NCBI GenBank assembly: GCA_051532035.1
Contig: JAOPTW010000012.1
Span: forward strand, 32,001-96,000
From: Fibrobacterales bacterium
Lineage (GTDB): Bacteria > Fibrobacterota > Fibrobacteria > Fibrobacterales > JAOPTW01
DNA: 64,000 nt
Direction of reading: 5' to 3'
Shown: in pieces, positions 49,818 to 62,224 of the stretch
Layout: every line of letters begins with the position of its first letter
Numbering within the stretch: the stretch's first letter is position 1
Made by a program: the position numbers and the translations under genes
The notes under the pieces: model-generated
The model's database searches: none
The model's input: only the letters and a program-made list of their open reading frames with translations
What the model was told of the DNA's origin: nothing

Positions 49818-50351
49818 ATGAAACATTCAGAAACAAAACAGATGCTCTTTAATATAGATGATGATATAGATCTTGATTTTTCAAAAAATGCAAGCGTTGC
49901 CTACAAGGGGAAATGCATATATACATCAAAGAAAACTGTTGGAATAGCCACAATTAATGAAGATACCAAATGTTATGATGGTGTTTCGTTTTTTAAGGCG
50001 TCTATGATTCAAGGATATCGAAAATTAGCAGAAGATGAAATCCCTGAAGTTGGCAATGATAACACACCCTACTTAGGTCTCACTTCATTTAGTTCTGTTA
50101 TCCGTTACATTATGCAGAGTGATAAAATTTGTGCGGTATTTTATGGGAAGGATCTTCATGATTTCTATGAAGGTTACTTTTATTATGAAACACGACATAA
50201 ACTATACATGAAAACTTTGACAGAAGACGGAATTCCTGCAAAGACTCAGATATTTCTGAAAAGTAAAATTTCAGGATTGAGCTTCGATTCTAGCTATGAG
50301 GACGCTATTGAGGCGAGTTATTACAAATCCTTGGAACAGTATCACGAGTAA
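49818..50351 (+). CDS. Hypothetical protein
   Basis: 177-aa ORF in intergenic gap; no recognised motif. Confidence 0.55.
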   Translation: MKHSETKQMLFNIDDDIDLDFSKNASVAYKGKCIYTSKKTVGIATINEDTKCYDGVSFFKASMIQGYRKLAEDEIPEVGNDNTPYLGLTSFSSVIRYIMQSDKICAVFYGKDLHDFYEGYFYYETRHKLYMKTLTEDGIPAKTQIFLKSKISGLSFDSSYEDAIEASYYKSLEQYHE

Positions 50352-50796
50352 TTCGTTCAATACCGTTATATGACACAAAAAGGCATTCTGACAGGTGACA
50401 CCGTTGAGAGCATGGACTTTCTACATAAATAGTATGAGGATGATTACACCTGTAATCACAAATGAATAATGTTAGGGTATTTTTTACCCTTTCCTCCTAT
50501 GTACAGTATAGATTAGGTATTAGGTTAAGAATACTATTCACACACATACTCATAGATTGCGAGTAAAAAAAGCACCGACCTATTTATTACTATAGAATAT
50601 TGAGGAATTTTAAACACTTGATTGCCGGGCTCACTTCTTTCAACGAGAATTATAAGGAAATTGAGGTATTAAGGCAAAATACCGAGTATAATGAATGAGG
50701 GTCTTTTATGACACTTTCTTATGGATACTAAGCACAACAGCAGGCATTAATGTAAAACCATTTTTCTCTCAGCCAAATTATTACGGAGTACTGACC

Positions 50797-52371
50797 ATGC
50801 AGACAGCACTTATAACATATCTATTACCCATTGCACTTTTCTTAGTTGCATGTTCAGTCCAAGACAGTGATATTGCGGGAGCGACCGATATTGAAACAGG
50901 CGGAACCATAGCGGGTATTATCCATACTCCTGAGGGTAAGCCCGTCGCATTTGCAAAGATCTCTCTCATTCCAGATGGATATAACCCTGTAACAAAAAGT
51001 AACGCCTCAAACCGCCATGATGTATATACCGATACTCAGGGCTATTACACAATAGATAGTATTGAGGATGGAGACTATTCATTAGAGACGGTCGATGGAG
51101 AACAAACCCATGGGCTCTATAAACAAGATATTTCAATTGTACATTCGAGTGAATATTCTTACAGCGACACCCTGCAACCGATGGGACGAGTGATTATATC
51201 CTTTCCATTACAGAGTAATATATCAGCTGGTACTCTCTATTTAAAAAATACCACGTTTATAACGGAAATAGATAGTAATAGTACTCAAATAACAGCAACG
51301 TTTACAGCGCTCCCTGCTGGGCAATATACTCCGGTACTCTACATAAACCAGGAAACCTCAACACCACTCAATGGACTTGAAACATTTACCCTCCCCGTTG
51401 GAGATACTCTTTTTATAGAACCTGAATACGAGAGTAGTAGTGAATTAGAGCAGAATACGTCTAGTGCATCAGTATTCATTTCTAGTAGTTCTTCAAATAA
51501 TGGGTCATCTTCAATCGCACTACTTTCATCGAGTATATCACTCTCATCATCATCAGTAGAAACACTTTCATCCAGTATATCCTTATCATCGTCATTGGTT
51601 GGGGCATCATCAAGTGCTCTGCTCAATGATACAACTGAGATATTACATCTCAATGGGGACCCTGAGCATATTGAGATTCAAGGAGGTATAGATTACGACT
51701 GGACTAACTATGGGTTATCAATGGAACTCTGGGTTAAATTGGATACCATTGAAAATCATACTCATTTATTTAATCTTGCAGGAGGTTCAAATAACAATTA
51801 TTTCGTAGCATTTGACCTTCAAGTAGATAGTTTGGGAGAGCATTATCTCGAGTATGTTGTGAGTAATAGTAGTGATGGCTCTGGGGATTGGTATGGCATG
51901 AGTATTCATGATATTTTTACTATCGATGAATGGATCCATGTTGCAGTAACGGTTACCTCTGAGGGCTATGTAACATTTTATGTTAATGGTAAAGTCCATA
52001 CACAAGAGACAGAGCCAAATCTTAAGGCTCTCCCTAGAAATGTTGCTCGGTCATCCAATTTTATCGGAAAGAGTTCTAATTCTGACGGTGCATATTTGAA
52101 TGGACTTGTAGATAATGTTCGTCTTTGGAATAGAGCACTGAATGCGAGCGAAATAGAAATGAATTTATACAGCACCAACGATCAACTGTATGATGCAACT
52201 AGTTTGGTGTTCAGTTATGATTTTAATTATTTTGATACGCAACCGAGCACTGTGACGGATGCTACGGGTAATCATCATGGGAGTATCAACTCTATTGATG
52301 CTGATGGAAGTTATGGCGAACAAGGCACATGGCGGCCTCAGGTTGATTTTAGGAGTGAGTTAGGATTCTAA
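50797..52371 (+). CDS. Lipoprotein with carboxypeptidase-regulatory-like N-domain, Ser linker and LamG/ConA-like domain
   Basis: Lipobox LVAC; SMELWVK, WIHVAVT, FYVNG, GLVDNVRLWNRAL. Confidence 0.85.
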   Translation: MQTALITYLLPIALFLVACSVQDSDIAGATDIETGGTIAGIIHTPEGKPVAFAKISLIPDGYNPVTKSNASNRHDVYTDTQGYYTIDSIEDGDYSLETVDGEQTHGLYKQDISIVHSSEYSYSDTLQPMGRVIISFPLQSNISAGTLYLKNTTFITEIDSNSTQITATFTALPAGQYTPVLYINQETSTPLNGLETFTLPVGDTLFIEPEYESSSELEQNTSSASVFISSSSSNNGSSSIALLSSSISLSSSSVETLSSSISLSSSLVGASSSALLNDTTEILHLNGDPEHIEIQGGIDYDWTNYGLSMELWVKLDTIENHTHLFNLAGGSNNNYFVAFDLQVDSLGEHYLEYVVSNSSDGSGDWYGMSIHDIFTIDEWIHVAVTVTSEGYVTFYVNGKVHTQETEPNLKALPRNVARSSNFIGKSSNSDGAYLNGLVDNVRLWNRALNASEIEMNLYSTNDQLYDATSLVFSYDFNYFDTQPSTVTDATGNHHGSINSIDADGSYGEQGTWRPQVDFRSELGF

Positions 52372-52552
52372 TGTTGATTTAAGAAATTAAGTTGTAAAGA
52401 TGTTTAAAAATTATCGAAGTGACAACACGTGCTGAGATAAGTAGACACCTAGATAAGACAGGTCCACTGTAAATTATGGGCACTACTGATCCATTTTTAG
52501 GCTAATAAATATAGATTTGTGTAATACATACATTAAGTCGTTGGGGACACGC

Positions 52553-54199
<1,647 letters not shown>

Positions 54200-54205
<6 letters not shown>

Positions 54206-55339
54206 GTTGAGTGTTTTTTTGTCAAGTATGTCACTGAATAGCTCATCATACACTCCAATCATAGTACTCCAGTCATAAGATGCAACTAGTTTACGATAGT
54301 CTCCTTTTTCCCAGGTGCCCTTTTGAAATGAAGCGCACAACTCTTTTAGTTTTATAACAAGGTCATCGTAGGTGTCATAAAAAAGTTCAGGATTTTCATC
54401 TGGTTTATAGAGTTCTACATATGAGAGGCGCTTGGGGAGCAGTGGACGGACACCAGCATGTACTGCCTCGGCAATACTGATGCCAAAAAAATCATGGATT
54501 GATGTTACGGGTAAAATATGTGCATTGTGCATAAAAGAATGATATTCATCTCTGGTCGCATAGCCCGAAAACAGCGTGTGTGATTCGAGCTCATTAAGGT
54601 ATGATCCATAGTTCTTTTTCTGAGTATTCGTTTGTTCTCCCAAGAATACCAGTTGAAATGGAATCTCTGCCCGTTTGAGTTCAATGAGCGCATTGAAAAA
54701 GTCTTTTGGGTTTTTGTCATGATCAAGTCGGTGATTCCAGAGTATCATAGGACCACTCTCTTTTGAAGCGTGTTGCGCCACTCCAATACTTTGAGATTCA
54801 GCGGTAAAAGATATGCCCAATGGAAGAACCGATGTCTTTGTATACTGCTTCTTCAAAGTATCAGTATGTTTATAATCAGGCATTTTATTCAACAGCTTCC
54901 CGAGTTCATCAAAAAAAGAACTCCGATTGTATGCACTGTTAAAAAGCACGTAATCAGATGCGAGCATGGTGGTGTAGTTCATCATTCCAAAGTGAACATC
55001 ACGGCCTTCCTGTTTATCTTCGGAGTCTGGCTGCCAAGGGTAGGCAAGCTGATTCTCATGGAAGTAGGTGACAATAGGGATATGAGAGGGGAGAGTGTGA
55101 CGTAATAGTGCGCTAAAGGCAGCAACGTCCAACATATCAGTAGTCAGAATAACATCGGGCAGTTCTTTGAGCTGAGCAACTCGCTCAGCCAGGGTTACGC
55201 ATGCGCCATACATGCGCCATTTCCAGAACTTTCCCTCGAGGGTGATGAGTTCTATATCATGGGAGCTGTGCTCTTTGAACTGGTCGGCCCACGCTTTATG
55301 CGAACCGGAGTAAAATGCCTCAACAAGCAATATCTTCAT
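54200..55339 (-). CDS. DUF3524 + GT4-type glycosyltransferase (GTDC1/QTMAN-like)
   Basis: FYSGSH..W, WKWRM.G, YFHENQLAYP, WNHR..HDKNP, HDFFG. Confidence 0.85.
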
Positions 55340-55432
55340 CTTTTCCAATTATATTGAACATTTCTGCGTTATTTGTTCCCTCACGTACTAGCGTACGCTT
55401 CGGTCTCAAATGCCTTGAACTGTCCTAATATA

Positions 55433-55585
55433 ATTTGAAAAGAGGGCTTTGGATACTAATTTCGTGCTGGTGCACGGGTTTGTGGCTCAAATGCTTTGAG
55501 CTGTTCTGATGTGATTTGAAAAGGGTGGTTTGGATACTGATTTCGTGCTGTTGCACGGAAGTTACTTTTTTCGTGCTGTTGCACG
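55433..55585. promoter_or_regulatory. Duplicated 45-bp block and three CGTGC-N4-GCACG palindromes, putative enhancer sites
   Basis: Palindromes at 55463, 55544 and 55572. Confidence 0.55.
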
Positions 55586-55735
55586 GGGTTGCTCGGACTG
55601 GTAGTATGACAATTGGTTTGTTTGAATATCTTATATCCGTATCATTTGTGCAACGATTGGTGCAGTTATGATATTTTTTATGCTTCATACTATTCCTAAT
55701 TGATTTATAACGGAAATAAGGGCTGTTTTGTATAT

Positions 55736-55751
55736 TGGCATATTAATTGCA
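55736..55751 (+). promoter_or_regulatory. Sigma-54 (-24/-12) promoter
   Basis: TGGCATATTAATTGCA with exact GG-N10-GC spacing, 38 bp before the ATG at 55790. Confidence 0.75.
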
Positions 55752-55789
55752 TATATCAAGTAATAGCAATTAATTAATCAAGGAATACT

Positions 55790-56500
55790 ATGAAAAAGCT
55801 CATACTACTATTACTTATCATTCCCCTAAGCATCAGTGCATTCGAAAACTTAAATGATACTATTCAGAAGAATACAAGTACCTCTGATATTGAGGGACGA
55901 ATAGACTCGCTCAATGCAAAAATAGAGTTACTTAACTATCAGCTGACCGATAATAATCCTTATGCCCTAGGGACAACTGCGGACTGGGGTACTGGGCCTT
56001 TTGCCAGCATGATACTTGGAAACGATCAAGTTGGACTTGAACTTGGGTACATGGGGTCCTTTAAATTTAATTTTAAATTCAATCCATTTAACTTAAAGAA
56101 GGGTGATTTTGTGGGTAGACCTGCAAGAAAATTTAAAGTGGGTGGACTCCTGGGTATAAGTCAGTTAAGTAATAGAATTACCACTAAAGATGAAGAAAGT
56201 ACTGATATTGTGGTGGTTAATGGAACAAGTTTTTATGGTGGCCTTAAATTTGGTGGTGTACTCCTACAAAATTATATAAGCACTGAGGTGTTTATAGGGC
56301 CAATGTATTATATGGGGCATATTACTGATTCTAATAAGAACACTACCTGGAAAGAAGAATTTGGATTTAAAGAGTATATAGGATTAACCTTCTATATAAC
56401 GCGTCACTCCTCTTTTTCGGTTCGCTATGTGTTTGAAATGGTAAATGATGCCTTTGTAAAAAACATGACTACTGATGCTTCTCTTTCATTTTATTTTTAA
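55790..56500 (+). CDS. Putative outer-membrane beta-barrel protein with N-terminal coiled coil
   Basis: Signal peptide; C-terminal LSFYF. Confidence 0.65.
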   Translation: MKKLILLLLIIPLSISAFENLNDTIQKNTSTSDIEGRIDSLNAKIELLNYQLTDNNPYALGTTADWGTGPFASMILGNDQVGLELGYMGSFKFNFKFNPFNLKKGDFVGRPARKFKVGGLLGISQLSNRITTKDEESTDIVVVNGTSFYGGLKFGGVLLQNYISTEVFIGPMYYMGHITDSNKNTTWKEEFGFKEYIGLTFYITRHSSFSVRYVFEMVNDAFVKNMTTDASLSFYF

Positions 56501-56516
56501 GAGATAGGGAACAGCC

Positions 56517-57023
56517 ATGTACGAGTTGTTTGTGAAATTATTTCACATAAGTTATGCTGCTATAATCAGCTTTACTCCGGTCACTCTTGATCATAACAAT
56601 CAAGCACTGCACATTCAATCAATGTTAACAGCGCCCGTAACACATGAAGTAGAAGAACTCATTAAGAGTAACTATCGGTTTAAAGTGAAAAAAGAGCTGA
56701 CGCTTATTGTTAACCAAAAACATGTTATCAATCGAGAGGTCATACATACCCTGAGCTATGACAATGGGTATAGGGTCAATAACAGTAAAGTAGACCATAA
56801 CGATGTTCAACAAGCAATGGGAGCTGTTGATATTCTTATACCTCACGTGAGATTTGATGAGGGTGACTCTCTTCTCCTACTTTTAAAGGCACGGATTGTG
56901 GTAGATAGTAATTTTACTCGATCAACGGGGCTTGCTACCGGAGTACTATGGAATTACTATGTTCCGAGAACTGAGCACCAATTGCACTTTACGAAGGGGA
57001 GGTTTGTCTATAATGAACATTAA
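56517..57023 (+). CDS. Hypothetical protein, possibly DUF4390-like
   Basis: Size, beta-rich sequence and position directly before an NtrY/NtrX-like pair; family call is contextual. Confidence 0.45.
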   Translation: MYELFVKLFHISYAAIISFTPVTLDHNNQALHIQSMLTAPVTHEVEELIKSNYRFKVKKELTLIVNQKHVINREVIHTLSYDNGYRVNNSKVDHNDVQQAMGAVDILIPHVRFDEGDSLLLLLKARIVVDSNFTRSTGLATGVLWNYYVPRTEHQLHFTKGRFVYNEH

Positions 57024-58056
57024 GACACGGTTTTTAATTTCTTTCATCAGTTTTATAATTGTACCAACACTTATAACTGCAGGAATTGCTTTGACACTCT
57101 TTGTTGAAATATTTCAGTTGTTTGCCCAGGCTAATACCCCCTCTCTGATTCCTCTGATGTCACACAGAATAATGGAAAAATCAGTGGTAACGCTTCTAAT
57201 ATTTGTGTTCATCGTGTTAATAGTAGCGCTCCCTGTCGGGATAGCGCTCTTTAATAAGTTTACTAAACCCTATGTAAATGTATTCATCAATTTCTTTAAT
57301 GTTGCTCAAGAGCGGTTCAGTCTTTCTCATGAATTATCAGGAGATAAGACCGAATTGCAAATGCTCGAAAAGCTTTCGACAGTACTGGTTGATGATATTG
57401 ATAAAATGAAAACCTATGAAAAAGCGGCGTCATGGAAAGAGGGGGCGCGTATGCTCATTCATGAAATCAAAAACCCTATGACTCCCATTAAACTTTCGGT
57501 TCAAAGTATTGCACTCGATACTACCCTTTCGGATAGCAATGAAGAGGTTAAGCAAATACTCACCTCTGTAGGTGATATGGAGGGGATTCTTAACAAATTT
57601 AAAGAGTTTGTAAATATAGACTTTGGTCCTCTCAAAAAAGTACCGTTGAATAATACCCTCGATGATATACAGACAGAATTGGTGAGGATTTGGCCCGATA
57701 TTACCATTGATTATTCCGCAATTCAGGGTGATGTGTATATTGAAACAGAATTGTTGCTTCTCAAAATGCTCTTTGTTAATCTGGTTAACAATGGTATGGA
57801 AGCTAATGCAGCAGAGTTTTATTATACAGTGAGACAAGAACCTGACGCGGTAATAATAACATTTGTCACTCCAAATACTATTATTTCGGAACCCTACAAA
57901 ATATTTAATATCGGGTACTCCAGTAAAGGAGTAGAGCGGGGTTTTGGGCTTTTTCTGTGTAAGAAAATTTCAGAATACCTCGACCTGAATCTAACAGTAA
58001 CACAAAAGAGCGGTGATGTTGCATTCAGCATTCAACTCACTCCACTGACTGAGTAA
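57013..58056 (+). CDS. NtrY-like membrane histidine kinase
   Basis: Two TM segments; W...ARMLIHEIKNPMTPI; NLVNNGMEA; GFGL. Confidence 0.8.
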   Translation: MNIKTRFLISFISFIIVPTLITAGIALTLFVEIFQLFAQANTPSLIPLMSHRIMEKSVVTLLIFVFIVLIVALPVGIALFNKFTKPYVNVFINFFNVAQERFSLSHELSGDKTELQMLEKLSTVLVDDIDKMKTYEKAASWKEGARMLIHEIKNPMTPIKLSVQSIALDTTLSDSNEEVKQILTSVGDMEGILNKFKEFVNIDFGPLKKVPLNNTLDDIQTELVRIWPDITIDYSAIQGDVYIETELLLLKMLFVNLVNNGMEANAAEFYYTVRQEPDAVIITFVTPNTIISEPYKIFNIGYSSKGVERGFGLFLCKKISEYLDLNLTVTQKSGDVAFSIQLTPLTE

Positions 58057-58062
58057 TATAGT

Positions 58063-59400
58063 ATGAATAACCACATATGCATTATTGACAACGATACTTC
58101 AATTCTAGATACGCTAGAGCGGGTACTTATTAAAAATGGGTATACTGTGTCTCTCTACAGCTCTGCGGAGGCATTCTTGGCGTATCTCGAATCTAATGAG
58201 CCTGCAGTTGCAGTCATTGATATAAACCTCGGAGAGGGGCAAATGCATGGGGGCGAGCTGACCAAAAAGATACGAGAGAACTTTGCTACTATTCAGACCG
58301 TTATCATTTCAGGAGAGAGTGATATTTCCAAAACACTCGAGTGCATGAAAAATGGGGCATACGACTTTATAGAGAAACCCCTTTCACTTCCCAAACTCCT
58401 AACCACTATTAAAAATGCAGTCAATCAGTATTGTACAAAAACAGCTTTTCAAACCGGGCGCGAAATACTTGGAACAAGCTCAGCAATTACCACATTAAAA
58501 AACCGACTCAAAAAATTAGCATCCCTCAATGAGAATGTATTGATATGTGGAGAAAGTGGTACGGGAAAAGAGTTAGTCGCAGAGAACTTGCATTATTACT
58601 CCAATCGTTTTCATATGCCTTTTTATAAAGTAAACTGTACGGCAATTAATCCTCAGCTTGTGGAATCAGAACTATTTGGGCACACAAAAGGGAGTTTTAC
58701 CGGAGCGGTGCAGGATAAAAAGGGATTGTTTGAGCTTGCGCATGGCGGATCATTTTTTATGGATGAAATTGGTGACTTTGATATTCAGCTACAGAGTAAG
58801 TTGCTCAGAGTTATCCAAGAGAAAAAAGTTACAGCAATTGGTCAATCACAAGAGATCGGTGTTGATACGCGTATGATATTTGCGACCCACTGTGATTTAA
58901 ATCGTATGGTTCAGGAACAACGGTTCCGAAGCGATCTTTTTTTTAGAATTTCAACGTTTATTATTGATGTGCCCCCACTACGGAAGCGTCTCGAAGATAT
59001 CCCTCTTTTGAGTGATCATATTGTTCGGACATTTATCGCAGAAAATAATTTACACTATACTGAACTTGAGAGCAGTGCACTCGATAAACTGATGAGCTAT
59101 ACGTATCCCGGAAATATTCGTGAGCTCATTTCTATAGTAAAGAACGCAATAATATTTTCATCTGGTGAACAGATCTCTGCAGAAGATATATCCTTTACTC
59201 CAGTGGAAAGCGGTAAGAATATGTGGGACCTCGTCTCTGGTAAATCCTATAATGATGCAAAGATGTGGTTTGAAAAAGAGTTGGTGTCTCAGCGGTTGAA
59301 GCAATTTGACAATGATCTAGATGCAACAGCGGTATCATTGGGGATGATAAAAAACAATTTATATCGGAAGATAAAAGCCCATAATATTCATCTTAAGTGA
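58063..59400 (+). CDS. Sigma-54-dependent response regulator (NtrC/NtrX-like)
   Basis: REC; GESGTGKE, ESELFGH.KGSFTGA, FMDEIGD, YPGNIREL; Fis-type HTH. Confidence 0.93.
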   Translation: MNNHICIIDNDTSILDTLERVLIKNGYTVSLYSSAEAFLAYLESNEPAVAVIDINLGEGQMHGGELTKKIRENFATIQTVIISGESDISKTLECMKNGAYDFIEKPLSLPKLLTTIKNAVNQYCTKTAFQTGREILGTSSAITTLKNRLKKLASLNENVLICGESGTGKELVAENLHYYSNRFHMPFYKVNCTAINPQLVESELFGHTKGSFTGAVQDKKGLFELAHGGSFFMDEIGDFDIQLQSKLLRVIQEKKVTAIGQSQEIGVDTRMIFATHCDLNRMVQEQRFRSDLFFRISTFIIDVPPLRKRLEDIPLLSDHIVRTFIAENNLHYTELESSALDKLMSYTYPGNIRELISIVKNAIIFSSGEQISAEDISFTPVESGKNMWDLVSGKSYNDAKMWFEKELVSQRLKQFDNDLDATAVSLGMIKNNLYRKIKAHNIHLK

Positions 59401-59479
59401 TATTAGAATAGCAAAGACTATTTGTATCAATGCACTTAAACGCAAAATTGCTCTGTACTATCATAGATTACTCTATTAA

Positions 59480-59514
59480 AAAACCCCAACACTGATTTAC
59501 AGTATTGGGGTTTT
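59480..59514. terminator. Bidirectional intrinsic terminator
   Basis: AAAACCCCAACACTG...CAGTATTGGGGTTTT between convergent genes. Confidence 0.8.
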
Positions 59515-59546
59515 GTTTAAGTATAAGAGAATGTTACCTGAAGATT

Positions 59547-61757
59547 CTAGTCATGAACACAGCGTACATAATGATAGTTTGTTTCATTATCGGTATTAAT
59601 CATAGCGGCCTCATCACTATCAGCGAGGAGCTCTAGAGCTCTTGAAACATTCGCTTCATAGTCTGACGCCCAATAGACACTCTGCAATCCGGCTTGTTCA
59701 AAATGCCAAACCGATTCAAATTGCCATGCTTTACCCATAGACTGACCATTAAAGTTAAAGCTATCACTCCCGTTGCCGCGGCGCCAGCCATAGGTTGATT
59801 TAAGTTTACTACCACTCTCTGTACCAACAACACTGAGTAATTGAGTCCATTCTGCTTCAGAAGGAACATGCCAATCTTCAGGGCAAACAACCCATGCTGC
59901 ATTCAAATGGTACAGTCTACCGTATTCGTCACATATCCGGTTTTGATTATTATAACATGTCGATTTGTCAGGCATATCAGGAGTCTCGATTTTCAAGTTT
60001 TCAGCCATCCATAACTGCTGACCAATGTGTACTGTAGTATACGATCTACCATCTCTCCAGTCGATAAATGAGTCTAATACAACCTCATTGTTCTCTTCTA
60101 AAAATACAGCGCGTAAGGCTATGTCAGAGGTTACTTCAGATACTACCGTTCCGTTAATAAATGCATTCCCCGAGGTAACAATAATATTCGAGAGGAAGGA
60201 GCCTGGTCCAGGGATGGCGGTCAACTCGGCACTGGATCCGTGTGTAATGGTAGCTGGGCCACTAAAATCACCGTTTCCTTCTACGGTATAGGTGATAGTA
60301 TATTCAAGTGAGGGTATTTCTCTAAAGTTTGCATTTATGGTTAGATGCCCTATGGCGGCAAAAATAGTACATTCAACGACTCCAGGTCCATCGGCACACG
60401 TATATTCAGGTCGTACAAGTGATGATGAAATTGATATTCCATTAAATTCATAACCAGTGTTTGGAGTTGCCGTAACCGTAAATGTTGCATTCTCCATATA
60501 GGAGGTAGGGCCTGATATCCCTCCAAGTGTGTTACTCGCATATGCCACTGAGTATTCAGTTGGGGCAACGGGAATAAAGTGAGGAGTAATAAATAAACTT
60601 CCAGTTATCCCTTCAATGCTACACGTCCTAGCTGAAATACACTCATACTCGGGGGTGGGCCCTTCGATTGATCGAATTTCCAATCGATCAAATGAGTATC
60701 CTGCTCTTGGGAGAACATGAATATAAAAACGAGTATTTGCGGTATACATTTCAGGACCGGTTATCGAACCTTCTGGCGATAGATCATAATGTATTAGATA
60801 ATCATGAGGAACAAACTGTGCTTCAATAATTAGGTTACCATAGGTGCCATATACTCTACATTGAGTTATAGCGTCAACTGGTTCACACGTATACCTTGGA
60901 ACAGGGCCAGTTGATTGAATAGAGAGGTTTTCATATCTATATCCCTCATCAGCGAACAGATCAATAAGGAAAGAACTTTCAGTCCTATAGCTCCCTGGGC
61001 CCTCAATTGTGCCCCTAATTTCAGAGTAATGTACGGTATTGTGGGCTGGTTCAAATACTCCTCTTACCATTATATCAGTAGTTACTTCGGCAATACCATT
61101 TGGAGTTACGACACCTACTCCAGCCATAATTTCATACCGGAGGAATTGGTAGCCTGGTTCTGCATCAGCAGTCAGCTCAACATAAGCTTCATATTCAACA
61201 ATAGGTGGACCTGAGATTGTTCCGCCCGTACCATTGTTATCATACTCTATAGAGAGACGAGACCGTTCTGTTGAAACAACAACATTATCAATATAGCAGG
61301 GAGTACCATCTCGGGCATCCATAAATACCACTTTAACTCGTTGCGTGATTTGCGCAACAAATGATCCAGAAAAATTTTGCCATTCACTAGTGAGCCCAAC
61401 TGTTTCTGTTAGATGCCTATTATATGGAGCTGTGTGATATTCAACAGCAAAGTCCAAATCACGTATTGATCCAGATGTTGCGCGAGCGTCAAACGAGAAA
61501 AAATACTCTTGCCCTGCTCTTACCTCAATTTCTTGATAGAGCTGAAGATGCCATACCTCTCCGTCACCAACAGGGTTGTATTTGGCATCACGACCATTCT
61601 CATGTGACCCAATAGTTACGGGGCCATGTTGCGGATATACTAACCATGCATCGTCATTAGAGAAGTCTCCATTAGTAAGGAGATTTTGTGCCTGTGCTGT
61701 AAAAGCAAGAACCAAAAAGAGAAGGGTTACAAAAGCTGTCTGTTTCATTGTTTTCAT
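59547..61757 (-). CDS. Secreted protein: CBM4/9-like domain, InlB-B-like repeats, C-terminal FISUMP domain
   Basis: NLLTNGDF...WHLQLYQ...YIDNV; DWRDGRSY..V.IGQQLWMAENL, CPEDWHVPS, VRCV. Confidence 0.82.
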   Translation of the reverse strand: MKTMKQTAFVTLLFLVLAFTAQAQNLLTNGDFSNDDAWLVYPQHGPVTIGSHENGRDAKYNPVGDGEVWHLQLYQEIEVRAGQEYFFSFDARATSGSIRDLDFAVEYHTAPYNRHLTETVGLTSEWQNFSGSFVAQITQRVKVVFMDARDGTPCYIDNVVVSTERSRLSIEYDNNGTGGTISGPPIVEYEAYVELTADAEPGYQFLRYEIMAGVGVVTPNGIAEVTTDIMVRGVFEPAHNTVHYSEIRGTIEGPGSYRTESSFLIDLFADEGYRYENLSIQSTGPVPRYTCEPVDAITQCRVYGTYGNLIIEAQFVPHDYLIHYDLSPEGSITGPEMYTANTRFYIHVLPRAGYSFDRLEIRSIEGPTPEYECISARTCSIEGITGSLFITPHFIPVAPTEYSVAYASNTLGGISGPTSYMENATFTVTATPNTGYEFNGISISSSLVRPEYTCADGPGVVECTIFAAIGHLTINANFREIPSLEYTITYTVEGNGDFSGPATITHGSSAELTAIPGPGSFLSNIIVTSGNAFINGTVVSEVTSDIALRAVFLEENNEVVLDSFIDWRDGRSYTTVHIGQQLWMAENLKIETPDMPDKSTCYNNQNRICDEYGRLYHLNAAWVVCPEDWHVPSEAEWTQLLSVVGTESGSKLKSTYGWRRGNGSDSFNFNGQSMGKAWQFESVWHFEQAGLQSVYWASDYEANVSRALELLADSDEAAMINTDNETNYHYVRCVHD

Positions 61758-62224
61758 GTTAACCTTTAATAAATAATTGAAAGGGGGAAACGTAGTTATT
61801 ACTCATCGTTATCAGAAAGGTGATGTTTACTTGATAAATGTTACCGTTCACAATCTGTGAACGAAGCGTAAATGTTGATCCTTTCATGATGCTGACACCA
61901 CCTTGGTTATAAGTATGGATTCATCTTAAAAAATCGAACACTAATCCGTCTTATAATACGAGCTATTATCGGAATTATTAAGATGTAAATAGATGCTTCG
62001 GGTAGGTCCAAACCAAGTAATGAACCGTTAAATTTGCCCGATTTGACTATTATACGCTGTAGGTTGTCATTCCAGTCATATAGAGAATCGCCTTTTCAGA
62101 GCTTTTTTATGCAATAGATGCACTTTGGAAAGATAGATGCGTAAATAGTACACTCAAATGCATGATAATTAGGTAAATTTTAGACTCAGCAGACATTTCT
62201 ACACTTAAGCAGACGCCAGGATAG

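Noticed and set aside
61780..62200. c-di-GMP-I riboswitch upstream of the CBM-FISUMP gene
   Set aside because: Minus strand has GGGCAAA but lacks the GAAA loop and GACGCAAA pattern
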